A stretch of DNA of 64,000 nt from Minisyncoccota bacterium (GTDB lineage: Bacteria; Patescibacteriota; Minisyncoccia; UBA6257; HR35). The position numbers and the translations under genes are program-made. Location of the stretch: positions 10,883 to 74,882 of the forward strand of contig JAVVGJ010000001.1 in assembly GCA_032249155.1 (NCBI GenBank), written 5' to 3'. Of the stretch, positions 44,105 to 53,624 are shown in pieces. The notes below the pieces were generated by a model. That model was not told where the DNA came from and did no database searches. It was given only the letters and a program-made list of their open reading frames with translations. How positions within the stretch are numbered: position 1 is the stretch's first letter; every line of letters begins with the position of its first letter.

Positions 44105-45505
44105 ATGAAAAAAATTGAAGATATAAAACCTAAAAGTTTGACTCTTTTTAATATTAAAAGAAAAAATAATTATTTCTATTTTTTAAATGCTAAAAGCCTA
44201 AAAATCATTTTTTTGATCTTGCTTTTTATAGGAATCAACTTTGCTTTTGCTCCTCTTTCTTTTACTCAGATAGCACAAAAAACTCTTCCTCCTGAAATTG
44301 AAGCTAAAAAAAGATCTCTTGAAGCTCAACTTCAAGAAGTTTTAAAAGAAATAGAAAACTATAAAAAAGAGATAAATAAGATAAGAAGTCAAAAAAGAAG
44401 CATACAGCAAGAGATAAACTTGGTAAACTCGCAAATAAAAAAGACAGAACTTGAAATTCAAGCAATTAATTTGCAAATAAAAAATTTAAATAAAAAAATA
44501 GAAGAGACAAAAAAATCAATTAATATTACTGAAGAAAAAATCAAAAAGTCTAAAAATTATCTTTTGGTTTTAGTAAGGTATTACTATCAGCTAAAACAAA
44601 GAAGTATTGTTGAAGTATTTTTGGCGGAAGCGAGACTTTCGGATTATTTTAGTCAATTTTATTACCTTCAAAAAGTTCAAGAAAGTATTAATAACGAATT
44701 AGATAATTTAAAAGAACTTAACGAAATTTTAAATAAACAAAAAACTAAACTGGAAAATCAGCTTGAAGAGCAAAACAATCTTCTCATGCTTTCAAAAATA
44801 AAATATCAAGAACTTCAAGACTTAAAAGAAGAAAAAAACAAGCTTTTAGCTCAAGCACAAAAACTTGAAAGAGAATATAGTAAAAAATTGGAAGAGTCAG
44901 AAAGAACAGCAGCAGAGATAAGAAAGGAAATTTATAGACTAGCAGGTGGCGCTGGACCAATTACTTTTGGTGAAGCTTATGAATATGCAAAAATTGTAGA
45001 AAAATATACTGGTGTAAGACCGGCTTTTCTTTTAGCTGTTTTAAATTATGAATCAAAATTAGGACAAAATGTGGGAACTTGTCATTATAAAGATGCTATG
45101 AAACCATCAGAAAGACCTATATTTGAAGAAATAGTTAAAGAATTGGGTTTAGATCCTAATAAAATGCCTGTTTCTTGTAAGCCTTGGTATGGTTGGGGAG
45201 GTGCTATGGGACCCGCTCAATTTTTACCTTCAACATGGATGAAATATAAGGAAAGAATTTCTAAAATTACTGGAAATAACCCACCTTCTCCTTGGAATAT
45301 TTTAGATTCCTTTGTTGCTGCTGGGCTTTATCTTAAAGATGCTGGTGCCGATGCAAAAACTTACTTTGCTGAATGGAAAGCAGCGATGATATATTTTGCT
45401 GGTTCTAATTGGAATAATCCTTCTCTAAGATTTTACGGTGATGACGTTATGTCAATCGCTCAAAGATTTGAAGAAGATATCAAAATTCTGGAAAGAAGTA
45501 AGTAG
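44105..45505 (+). CDS. secreted coiled-coil protein with C-terminal SLT/MltB-like lytic transglycosylase domain
   Basis: TM/signal, then about 230 aa of coiled coil, then LAVLNYESKLGQNVG...GGAMGPAQFLPSTW...DSFVAAGLYLK. Confidence 0.65.
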   Translation: MKKIEDIKPKSLTLFNIKRKNNYFYFLNAKSLKIIFLILLFIGINFAFAPLSFTQIAQKTLPPEIEAKKRSLEAQLQEVLKEIENYKKEINKIRSQKRSIQQEINLVNSQIKKTELEIQAINLQIKNLNKKIEETKKSINITEEKIKKSKNYLLVLVRYYYQLKQRSIVEVFLAEARLSDYFSQFYYLQKVQESINNELDNLKELNEILNKQKTKLENQLEEQNNLLMLSKIKYQELQDLKEEKNKLLAQAQKLEREYSKKLEESERTAAEIRKEIYRLAGGAGPITFGEAYEYAKIVEKYTGVRPAFLLAVLNYESKLGQNVGTCHYKDAMKPSERPIFEEIVKELGLDPNKMPVSCKPWYGWGGAMGPAQFLPSTWMKYKERISKITGNNPPSPWNILDSFVAAGLYLKDAGADAKTYFAEWKAAMIYFAGSNWNNPSLRFYGDDVMSIAQRFEEDIKILERSK

Positions 45506-47044
45506 AAAAACTAAACTTGCCATTGACCAGGTTTGAAGAAGAGAACCTTCGCTTTTTCTTTCTTTGGCAGAGCTAAGCTCGCTTGAATAACCTAAAATAC
45601 CGTCTTTTAAAAGATCAGTTAGAGAAGCATAAATCACTTTATTTATTATCTTTTTATATTTTTTTTCATGCAAATTTTTTAAATCCCAAGCAAAAACATT
45701 ATTTAAAAAATACCAAGAATCACCAGAATGATAACTTAATGGGTTTTCTCCTGTGTGTATATCAAAAAATCCTTCTTCTTTAAAACTTAAAGTACTTATA
45801 CCTCCCCAATTTAAAAAGTAATCATTAATAAAGTTTTCGAATATTAAAGACCATTCGTTTTTGCTTAAAAGTTCTGGAAGAAAAAAATAAACAAAAACAA
45901 GATTAACGTCTTTTAAGTTTTTCACTTTTTCTTTTAAAAACTTTAAATAAAAATCGTATTTTTTTAAATATTCTTTTTCTTTCAAACCTAGTCTTTTAAG
46001 AACTTTAAGATAAAGTGCATATATTTCTATGGCATCTTTTCTTTCCAGAGTGTCCATCCAAGTACTTTTTGGGGGCAGATTTAAATTATTTTCTTTTAAA
46101 AATTCTTTTTCCCAAAGATTTAAAAATTTTTTTAGTAAACTAAAGTAATATTCTATATCTTCATCAGAAAGATTAATAAAAATAAGAGGTAAGGTATCTG
46201 CAGAAATGCTTCCATTAGGTTTATTTAAATTCCATATCTCTTCGAGATTAAAGAAATACTTGTAAATAAATTTTTTCTGATTTAAAAAATTTCTCAAAAA
46301 ATATAAAGAAAGAAGCTCATCTCTGAACCAATTCTCAAAAAACCAAGGGAAACCAGCAGGTAAATAATTTTCTAAAACAAGATTATTCAAACGAGAAAGA
46401 AAAAAATTTAAATAATGATTGTCTGAAAAACTAAAAGGTTCTAAAAAATTACAAAATTTTTCTTCTAAAATTTTTATTTGTAAAAAATTAGTTTTTGTTT
46501 TCAAATCACCCAAAACCCACCATTTAAAAAGAGAAGAGTTTCTTTTTTTGTCAAAATCCATTTCTTTTTCATACCAATTCCCTTCAAATTCTATAAAACT
46601 CGAAGATCCAATCAAAATATCCAAAATTTTTTTATTTTCAAAATAAAAACTAAAAAGAAAAGTATTAGAATTTAATCTTTCAAATCTTATTTGTCTTAAA
46701 AAAGGATCTAAATTAAAAATAAAGTTGCTATCAAAAGAAAGAGAGATTTCTTCAAAATTTAAAGTTCTAATTTCTAAAGAATTTTTTTCTCTTAAAGAAA
46801 AATAAATCTGATTGTTATCAGTTTCTAAAAAAACTTCAAATGGAGAAACAATATTTATTTCTCTTACTTTAGAAGAAAATTTTATTTCATCAATAAACCT
46901 AAAAGTTTTCTCTTTAAAATAAAAACCTCCAAAAAATCTGCTTTTTTCACTAGAAAAAATAAGCCAAAGATTATCCCTTTTAAGAAAAAATTTATCGCTT
47001 AGACCTTCTAAAGAAAGATTTAATTCTAAAAAATTAACCCTCAT
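45452..47044 (-). CDS. glycogen debranching enzyme-like (amylo-alpha-1,6-glucosidase, GDE_C type)
   Basis: LPAGFPWFFENWFRDELL, YHSGDSWYFLNN, LLQTWSMASL. Confidence 0.6.
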   Translation of the reverse strand: MRVNFLELNLSLEGLSDKFFLKRDNLWLIFSSEKSRFFGGFYFKEKTFRFIDEIKFSSKVREINIVSPFEVFLETDNNQIYFSLREKNSLEIRTLNFEEISLSFDSNFIFNLDPFLRQIRFERLNSNTFLFSFYFENKKILDILIGSSSFIEFEGNWYEKEMDFDKKRNSSLFKWWVLGDLKTKTNFLQIKILEEKFCNFLEPFSFSDNHYLNFFLSRLNNLVLENYLPAGFPWFFENWFRDELLSLYFLRNFLNQKKFIYKYFFNLEEIWNLNKPNGSISADTLPLIFINLSDEDIEYYFSLLKKFLNLWEKEFLKENNLNLPPKSTWMDTLERKDAIEIYALYLKVLKRLGLKEKEYLKKYDFYLKFLKEKVKNLKDVNLVFVYFFLPELLSKNEWSLIFENFINDYFLNWGGISTLSFKEEGFFDIHTGENPLSYHSGDSWYFLNNVFAWDLKNLHEKKYKKIINKVIYASLTDLLKDGILGYSSELSSAKERKSEGSLLQTWSMASLVFLLTSFQNFDIFFKSLSD

Positions 47045-48815
47045 TTAATTTCTTAATTATTTTCTCATACATCTCAAAATAGTTTTTTACCATTTCTTCC
47101 CAATCAAAATGTGAAGCTAAAACCCTGGCTTCATATTTGTTTTGTATTCTTTCAATTCTTTTCATCTTAACTATCTCCATCATCATTTGAGCCAAATCTT
47201 TTGCAGCTTCTTCATTTTTTCTTCCTTTTCTTCTTAAAATCCATATTCCTGGAAAATCTCTTTTTATAAGTCTTTTTTCTTCAAGATAATTAGCAAAACC
47301 AGTTAAATCGCTTGTAATTGTCATTACGCCAGCTGCTAAACTTTCTAAGGGAGTGTATCCCCATGGTTCATAATAAGAAGGAAAAACACCCAAATGGCAA
47401 CCGTTAATAGCTTCATAATAATTAAGATTTAAAAAGCCATCAGCAGGACTTAAATAAATAGGATAAAGAAGAACTTTCACCTTATCTTCTTCTTTATTTA
47501 AAAGCCCTTCTTCTCTAAAAAGCTTTATAAATTCATTATTTTCACTCAAAATATGTGTTGAAAGAGGAACATTCCCAGAGGCTTTAATTTGATTTAAAAT
47601 TCTTTGAATTTCTAAAAGCTCCTCTGAAGAAAAAATATGCTCTAAAGTAAGATTATAGTTTTTATGTAAAAGAGAATGCAAAATTTTTGAATTAATTTCA
47701 TTTTTTATACTTTCAAAGTATTCTTCTAAACTTTTGTAAACAATAAGATTATTTAAGATTTCATGATTAACATCTTTAATTTCATCAGGAACAAAAAAGA
47801 AAAAGAAAATATTCTTACTTATATTTTCCTCTTTCATTTTTTCGTTTAAAATGTTTAAGGCCTTAATAATAATGTCAAAGCCCTTATTAACAATTTCTTT
47901 TCTTCCACTAGTAAAGAAAATAAGTGAGTTTTCTACAGGACAATGTTTTTTAAAATAAGGAGTGAAAAGATAAAGCAAAAATTCTAAAATAATATTTTTA
48001 TTTTTACGGTGTTCACTTGAGATTTCTTCAAAGGTTGGGAATCGCGAAAGATCAAAACCATTAGGTAAAATAAAATCAACCTTTCTTCCTAAAATAATTT
48101 CTGCTTCTTCCTTAACTACTTGGCTAATAGTTACAAAATAATCTGCTTTTTCTGCTGATCTTTTTTCTACCATATGTTTAGCTTCAATGCTATGCTCATA
48201 AGCTTTAGCTAAAGGATCAATTTCTTTAAGTTTTTCCCAAATATCAAAATTTAAAGAGGAAAGAGTTCTTCCGACTACAGTAGCGTGTGTCATAAAAATC
48301 TTAATGATAGGAAGATCCAAGGAAAAAAGAAGAGCAAAACCTGAAAGCCATTCATGAAAATGAAAAATGGAATATTTAAATTCTTCCCTTTTGCTAACCT
48401 CCTCAATAAAATCACTTACTGCTCTTGACCAAGCTAAAGGATAGTTATAGTCATCACCGGTTCTTAAAGAATCAATTTGAAACTTAACCCAAAGTTCATA
48501 TTTTAAGTAGTTAACTTGGGTTAAATACTTAGAAAAATCTATTAAAAAAACCTTTGGCCTCCCCTCAATTAACCACTCTCCATAATAAACCATTACCCCT
48601 TTAGCATATAAATCATTAATAATAGGTTCAAAATTTTCCGGTGGTTTTAAAAAATGAAACTCCGCTTCGTTTTTAGCACCCAAATACGGACCGATTAAGA
48701 AATAAAAATCTCCATATCTTTTTTTTATATATTTAGCTTTACTCGAAAGAACAGTATAAATCCCTCCTACTTTATTAGCTACTTCCCAACTAACTTCGAA
48801 AATGTATCTTGACAT
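47034..48815 (-). CDS. glycogen synthase, eukaryote-like GT3 family
   Basis: The N-terminus FEVSWEVANKVGGIYTVLSSKA closely matches the animal/fungal glycogen synthase signature. 593 aa. Confidence 0.8.
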   Translation of the reverse strand: MSRYIFEVSWEVANKVGGIYTVLSSKAKYIKKRYGDFYFLIGPYLGAKNEAEFHFLKPPENFEPIINDLYAKGVMVYYGEWLIEGRPKVFLIDFSKYLTQVNYLKYELWVKFQIDSLRTGDDYNYPLAWSRAVSDFIEEVSKREEFKYSIFHFHEWLSGFALLFSLDLPIIKIFMTHATVVGRTLSSLNFDIWEKLKEIDPLAKAYEHSIEAKHMVEKRSAEKADYFVTISQVVKEEAEIILGRKVDFILPNGFDLSRFPTFEEISSEHRKNKNIILEFLLYLFTPYFKKHCPVENSLIFFTSGRKEIVNKGFDIIIKALNILNEKMKEENISKNIFFFFFVPDEIKDVNHEILNNLIVYKSLEEYFESIKNEINSKILHSLLHKNYNLTLEHIFSSEELLEIQRILNQIKASGNVPLSTHILSENNEFIKLFREEGLLNKEEDKVKVLLYPIYLSPADGFLNLNYYEAINGCHLGVFPSYYEPWGYTPLESLAAGVMTITSDLTGFANYLEEKRLIKRDFPGIWILRRKGRKNEEAAKDLAQMMMEIVKMKRIERIQNKYEARVLASHFDWEEMVKNYFEMYEKIIKKLNEG

Positions 48816-49983
48816 TTGATTCGTTAATTCTTAATTTAAGATCTTCTAAGACGTTTCTAAAATTAAGATAAGCATCATAAGGAGTTTCGTATGGACTAAA
48901 GTATTTATGAACATCACCATCAGCAAACCACTTGGTGCACATATAATAAAAATGGTCTGCGGTTTGAAGATTTCTCCATACTTCTTTAAGATGAAAAGGT
49001 ACTTTGTTTTCTAAAGAGTAAAGAAGTTCTATACATTCTTTTTGCATTTCGTTTCCTAGCCAAGCAGTAAGATCTCTTTCAGTATCAGCCCAAGTAACAG
49101 GCGATTTAGAAGAAAAGACATCTCTTACAGGATATTTTTTAATGACTTCACTTGGCAAAGAAAATTCTAAATCTTTATATTTTAAAACTTCAAAAGGTAA
49201 AGATTTCAAAAATTCAAAAATACCTGTTTCTGGCCATTGATGTTCTCCAAAAGTTTCAAAATCCATAAAAAGATTAATTACTTCTCCATTCCCGTTAAAA
49301 GCATTAAGCCAACTAGAAAATTTATCAGCAGTAAGAGGCCATTCTTCCCACCATCTTGCAGAAAATCTAAAGCTAATATCATCAGAAAGTTTAAAATGTC
49401 TTAAAAGAAGAATAAGATTTTTACCAGGATCTTCATATAAAAAAACTGGTGATCTCCAAGATAAAATCCAAGGAACACCTTCAGCAAGCATAGCTTTAAA
49501 GCCTAAACTTTTTACTATAGGAGCTAAATCATCAAAATATACAAGTTCTGTATTAGAAAAAACTAAGGGCTCTTGATTAAAAATATTTTTTATTAATTTT
49601 TTATGCTTAATAACTTGTTCTTTAAATTCTTTTAAAGAATAAAGAGAGGAAAGAGAATGATAATAATTTTCTCCTGTAAATTCTACAGAGCCTGTTTGAG
49701 CTAGTTTTTGAAGAAGCCTTATAACTTCAGGAAAGTTCTTTTTTAAATCTTCAATTAAGATCCCTGTTATTCCTAAAGAAAATTTAAATCTGCCCTTAGT
49801 TTTTTTTATAAGATCTAAAAGAATATTTAAAGTTGGTAGATAGCATTTTTTGACTATTCTTTCTAAGTAAAAGACATTTCTTTCCTCATCAAAATAATTC
49901 TTATTTTCACCAATATCAAAAACAGTATAATGACGAAGTCTTCTCGGTTGATGAACTTTAAAATAAAAAACCACTGAGGGCAT
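48790..49983 (-). CDS. GH57-family alpha-glucan enzyme (amylase / glucanotransferase-like)
   Basis: FYFKVHQPRRL N-terminus and FMDFETFGEHQW. Confidence 0.75.
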   Translation of the reverse strand: MPSVVFYFKVHQPRRLRHYTVFDIGENKNYFDEERNVFYLERIVKKCYLPTLNILLDLIKKTKGRFKFSLGITGILIEDLKKNFPEVIRLLQKLAQTGSVEFTGENYYHSLSSLYSLKEFKEQVIKHKKLIKNIFNQEPLVFSNTELVYFDDLAPIVKSLGFKAMLAEGVPWILSWRSPVFLYEDPGKNLILLLRHFKLSDDISFRFSARWWEEWPLTADKFSSWLNAFNGNGEVINLFMDFETFGEHQWPETGIFEFLKSLPFEVLKYKDLEFSLPSEVIKKYPVRDVFSSKSPVTWADTERDLTAWLGNEMQKECIELLYSLENKVPFHLKEVWRNLQTADHFYYMCTKWFADGDVHKYFSPYETPYDAYLNFRNVLEDLKLRINESNVKIHFRS

Positions 49984-51132
49984 TTATCTAATTAAAATTT
50001 TACTATAAAAACTAAGGAGCTCTTCTGCTGATTTCTTCCAATCAAATTTTGTTTTTGCTTCATAAAAAAGATTTTTAGTATATTCTTTCTTTAAACTTTC
50101 ATATTTTAAAATACCTACAATTTTATTAGCCATTTCTTTAATATCCCAAAAATTAAATTTCATCATATGACTTAAATAATAACCAACGCCTGTCTGATAA
50201 GAAACAATTACTGGTAAATAAAAATTGATTCCCTCTAATGGAACTAATCCGAAGGGATCTGCTACTGAAGGGACAACTAAAAGATCTGCTAAGCTATAAA
50301 TTCCCCAAAGATCTTTATCTCTTAAGAAATTAGTAAAAAGAACGTTTTCTTCAACATGATAATTTTTTGCTATTCTTACTAAATCAAGAAACATATCTCC
50401 TGAGCCAACGATAACATATTTAACCTTGGGAATAAATTTTTTAACTAAAGGCAAAGTATGAAGAAAATAATCCGGTCCTTTTTGAAGAACAAGCCTTCCA
50501 ACAAAAAGAACAATTTTCCATTCATTTTCTTTAAGATATTTAATATAAAAAGGAATTTTTTTTTCTTTATCTCCCCAATCAAATCCATTTGGCAAAACAA
50601 AAACTTTTTCTTTAGGGACCTCATAAACGTTAATTAAAACATTTTTAGTAAATTCTCCCACCGCTAAAAGAAAGTCAGCTTTGTTAAAATACTCTTTTTC
50701 TATTTTAAAGATGATAGGGTTGGGATTATTACCTGTTCTTTCAACTTCTGTTGAATGGACATGAATCAAAGAAGGCACTTTAAAATAATCACTTAAAAAA
50801 ATAGTTGCTGGAGCAGAAAACCAATCGTGACCGTGAACCAAACTTGGTTTTTCATGATAAACTGACAAAATTCTTTCTCCGTAAGAGAAAACAAGTGAAA
50901 GAAGTTCACTATTTACTGGAAGCATAAATTTTTCATAATATCCTTTAGTTTTAAAATACCTTTCTGAAGCAAAGATAACTTTAAAAGGAAGAGAATTTAA
51001 AGGAAGCTTAAAGGGAAGAGAGAAAGTAAGATCAATTTTTTTTGAAAGCTCTTTAGCTAAATAAAAACAAGCAACTCCTAAACCTCCGCTATTAAAAGGC
51101 GGAAGTTCCCAACCTATCATTAAAACTTTCAT
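49984..51132 (-). CDS. GT4/GT5 glycosyltransferase (starch/glycogen synthase-like)
   Basis: MKVLMIGWELPPFNSGGLGVACFYLAKEL, with a GT-B C-terminal domain. Confidence 0.65.
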   Translation of the reverse strand: MKVLMIGWELPPFNSGGLGVACFYLAKELSKKIDLTFSLPFKLPLNSLPFKVIFASERYFKTKGYYEKFMLPVNSELLSLVFSYGERILSVYHEKPSLVHGHDWFSAPATIFLSDYFKVPSLIHVHSTEVERTGNNPNPIIFKIEKEYFNKADFLLAVGEFTKNVLINVYEVPKEKVFVLPNGFDWGDKEKKIPFYIKYLKENEWKIVLFVGRLVLQKGPDYFLHTLPLVKKFIPKVKYVIVGSGDMFLDLVRIAKNYHVEENVLFTNFLRDKDLWGIYSLADLLVVPSVADPFGLVPLEGINFYLPVIVSYQTGVGYYLSHMMKFNFWDIKEMANKIVGILKYESLKKEYTKNLFYEAKTKFDWKKSAEELLSFYSKILIR

Positions 51133-51174
51133 TAATTACCATTTTATTAAAAAAGTTTGAATTTTTTCTAAAAT

Positions 51175-52053
51175 TTATGTGAATAAAAAGCTTCTTACTT
51201 TTTCTTCTGCTTCTTTTTCGCTTTTAATCCAAACGATTTCTTTTATTTTTTTAAGTTCTCTAATTTGTTTTTTAGCAAATCTTTTCGTTTCTAAAAGACA
51301 ACCTTTTTTAGCCTCTTCAAGACTTATTTCACCAAGAACATATCTTCCAAACCAGTCATATTCTAAGCCAAAAGAAATAATTCTTTTAAAAGAAAGGCCT
51401 ATTTTTCTTAATTTTTTTATTTCTTCAATAATAAATGGCATTCTCCTTTCAAGTCTTTCTTCTATTCTTTTCTCTAATTCCTCCCAAGGGCGTAAGATAC
51501 CTAAAATAAGAAGGTTAAGCCTTGGTTCTTTTCTAAGAGGTTCGATTTTCCCTGTTTTTAATATGATTTCAAGCCTTCTAATTAATCTTCTTTTATTATT
51601 TAAATCAAGGTTTTCTAAAGCTAAGGGGTTAATTTTTTTTATTTCTTCTATAAGCTCTTCTTTACTTAATTTTTCTAATTTTCTTCTTAATTTGTAATCA
51701 GGTTTTACTTCTGGAATTTTCCATCCTTCCTTTAAAGCTTTAAGATATAAAACAGTTCCTCCGCAGAAAATAGGTATTTTGCCTTTTTTTGTAATCTCAT
51801 TCAATGCTTTGTAAGCATCTTTGAGCCATCTCGCTAAAGAATAATTTTTTCTAGGAGAGGCTATAGAAAGAAGATGATGTTTTATTCCCTTCATTTCTTC
51901 TTGAGTAATTTTTCCACTTCCCCAATCCAAAAACTTATAAACTTGACGAGAATCAGCATTGATAACCTCACCATCAAATTTTTTTGCTAAATAAACAGCT
52001 AAGTCTGATTTTCCTGAAGAAGTCGGACCGGTAATAAAAATAGCCTCCTTCAT
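51175..52053 (-). CDS. miaA: tRNA dimethylallyltransferase
   Basis: IFITGPTSSGKSDLAVYLAKKFDGEVINADSRQVYK. Confidence 0.9.
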   Translation of the reverse strand: MKEAIFITGPTSSGKSDLAVYLAKKFDGEVINADSRQVYKFLDWGSGKITQEEMKGIKHHLLSIASPRKNYSLARWLKDAYKALNEITKKGKIPIFCGGTVLYLKALKEGWKIPEVKPDYKLRRKLEKLSKEELIEEIKKINPLALENLDLNNKRRLIRRLEIILKTGKIEPLRKEPRLNLLILGILRPWEELEKRIEERLERRMPFIIEEIKKLRKIGLSFKRIISFGLEYDWFGRYVLGEISLEEAKKGCLLETKRFAKKQIRELKKIKEIVWIKSEKEAEEKVRSFLFT

Positions 52054-53105
52054 TTTCTTTTTTCTTCAAAAGAGTTTAAAATGCCTAAAAGCCATAAATC
52101 GAAAATCAAATGCGAGCCACCGTAAGAAAGGAATGGGAGAGGAAGACCAATTATGGGAAACATACCAAAATTTATAAGAGTTGTTAAAAGAAACTTGACT
52201 AAAAAATAAATAATGACTAAATAAGTAAAGTTTTTAATGTTTATGTCTTTAGAAAAGAAATAGGTTTTATAAATTTCTCTTATTAAAAGGAAAATCAAAA
52301 AAAGATAAATAAGAAAGCCGAAATAACCTCTTTCTTCAATAATAAAAGTCAAAATAAAATCAGTACTTGCAGAAGGTAAATACCCATATTTACCAATTTC
52401 TGAATTGCCAACACCTAAACCAAAAAAGTTAGTCACTCCTAAGATAATTCTTATTTGTCTTAAATTATATTCTGTTTTTAAAGGATCTTTCCCAGAAAAG
52501 ATAAAGGAAATTATTCTTTCTCTTTGGTATTCTTTAAAAACAAAAAAATAAAGAAAGAGAAAAATAATGAAAAAAGAAATTAAAATAATAGCTAAAGTTT
52601 TTTTAGGGAGAAAAAATAATATTGAAAAAAACCAGATAAGAAAATAAAGGAAAACCATTCCCATATCAGGCTCAAGATAAATTAAAAAAATATAAGGCAA
52701 AAGTAAAGAAAAAGAGAAAAAAAGATAAATAACGTTTTTTAATTTTGAAAGATAATAAGAGAGAAAATTAGACAAAAGAAGAAAAAAAGAAAGTTTAGCA
52801 AATTCAGATGGTTGAAAACTAAATGGTCCTAAATTAAACCAGCTTTTTATATGTCCTGGAGTAAAAAGAACTAAAATAAGAAGAAAAAAACTAAAAGCTA
52901 AGATAAGATAAAAATAGAATTTTTCAAAAATTATTTTGTAATCTATAAATTTAAAAGAGAAAAAGAGTAAAAAACCTATAAGCCAAAAAAGTATTTGTTT
53001 TAAAAAAAGATCAAATTTGCCTAAAGAAAAAAGAGCTGTTAAAGAAATTATCATAAAATTTAGTAAAATAAGAGTAATTATAAGAAGTCTATTTTCTTCG
53101 ATCAT
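52050..53105 (-). CDS. SEDS-family glycosyltransferase (RodA/FtsW)
   Basis: Polytopic; C-terminal GLPLPFLSYGGS. RodA and FtsW cannot be distinguished from sequence alone. Confidence 0.85.
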   Translation of the reverse strand: MIEENRLLIITLILLNFMIISLTALFSLGKFDLFLKQILFWLIGFLLFFSFKFIDYKIIFEKFYFYLILAFSFFLLILVLFTPGHIKSWFNLGPFSFQPSEFAKLSFFLLLSNFLSYYLSKLKNVIYLFFSFSLLLPYIFLIYLEPDMGMVFLYFLIWFFSILFFLPKKTLAIILISFFIIFLFLYFFVFKEYQRERIISFIFSGKDPLKTEYNLRQIRIILGVTNFFGLGVGNSEIGKYGYLPSASTDFILTFIIEERGYFGFLIYLFLIFLLIREIYKTYFFSKDINIKNFTYLVIIYFLVKFLLTTLINFGMFPIIGLPLPFLSYGGSHLIFDLWLLGILNSFEEKRK

Positions 53106-53253
53106 GGAAATTTTTAAAAATTTTTTTCAAAACAAAAAGGTGCAACTTTTTATTTTTATAATTCTTATTTCCTTTTTCAGTTTTGGAATGGGATTTATTG
53201 TAGGAAGCAAATTTTATGAACCTAATCCTATTATAATTGAAAAAAATGAATAA
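53104..53253 (+). CDS. possible small single-TM protein (49 aa)
   Basis: MEIFKNFFQNKKVQLFIFIILISFFSFGMGFIVGSKFYEPNPIIIEKNE. The track start at 53017 is a TTG inside rodA. ATG 53104 shares CATG with the rodA start. Confidence 0.25.
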   Translation: MEIFKNFFQNKKVQLFIFIILISFFSFGMGFIVGSKFYEPNPIIIEKNE

Positions 53254-53365
53254 GCCTTCAGAAATTTTAGATTTTCTTGGAAAATCAATTTTTGCCTTTT
53301 TTGTTCTTATTTTTGTTTTTTATCACAAATTCAAAAATAGAATTAGAAAATTTTTCAAGCTTTAG
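53246..53365 (+). CDS. possible small single-TM protein (39 aa)
   Basis: My translation: MNKPSEILDFLGKSIFAFFVLIFVFYHKFKNRIRKFFKL. ATGA-coupled to the previous small ORF. Its stop abuts the tRNA-Ser 3' end. Confidence 0.2.
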   Translation: MNKPSEILDFLGKSIFAFFVLIFVFYHKFKNRIRKFFKL

Positions 53366-53451
53366 CGGAGGGGGTGGGACTCGAACCCACAAGGCCACAA
53401 AGGGCCACCGGTTTTCAAGACCGGCGCATTAGCCAATTCTGCCACCCCTCC
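53366..53451 (-). tRNA. tRNA-Ser (anticodon UGA), long variable arm
   Basis: Reverse complement GGAGGGGTGGCAGAATTGGCTAATGCGCCGGTCTTGAAAACCGGTGGCCCTTTGTGGCCTTGTGGGTTCGAGTCCCACCCCCTCCG. Confidence 0.9.
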
Positions 53452-53453
53452 AT

Positions 53454-53526
53454 TGCCCCCAACCGGATTCGAACCGGTATTTCCAGCCTGAGAAGCTGGT
53501 GTCCTAACCTGTTAGACGATGGGGGC
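53454..53526 (-). tRNA. tRNA-Glu (anticodon CUC)
   Basis: Reverse complement GCCCCCATCGTCTAACAGGTTAGGACACCAGCTTCTCAGGCTGGAAATACCGGTTCGAATCCGGTTGGGGGCA; anticodon loop TTCTCAG. Confidence 0.85.
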
Positions 53527-53530
53527 AATT

Positions 53531-53614
53531 TGGGCAGGGAGGGATTCGAACCCTCACGGCCTTTCGGCCACAAGGTCCTAAGCCTTGTGCGTCTTCCAAT
53601 TCCGCCACCTGCCC
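53531..53614 (-). tRNA. tRNA-Leu (anticodon UAG), long variable arm
   Basis: Reverse complement GGGCAGGTGGCGGAATTGGAAGACGCACAAGGCTTAGGACCTTGTGGCCGAAAGGCCGTGAGGGTTCGAATCCCTCCCTGCCCA. Confidence 0.9.
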
Positions 53615-53624
53615 TGTTATTTTT

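Noticed and set aside
51179-51697. 172-aa plus-strand ORF antisense to miaA. Similar antisense or alternate-frame ORFs occur at 5435-5623, 7274-7465, 17178-17399, 20185-20427, 20823-21086, 22476-22700, 27453-27707, 28473-28676, 33865-34065, 33922-34104, 34821-35015, 35848-36078, 39793-40098, 40926-41135, 45583-45783, 46419-46646, 58048-58527 and 59281-59532.
   Set aside because: All lie entirely inside well-supported conserved genes on the other strand or frame. They have low-complexity F/L/S/K-rich translations typical of the antisense of AT-rich coding DNA, and no recognisable motifs.
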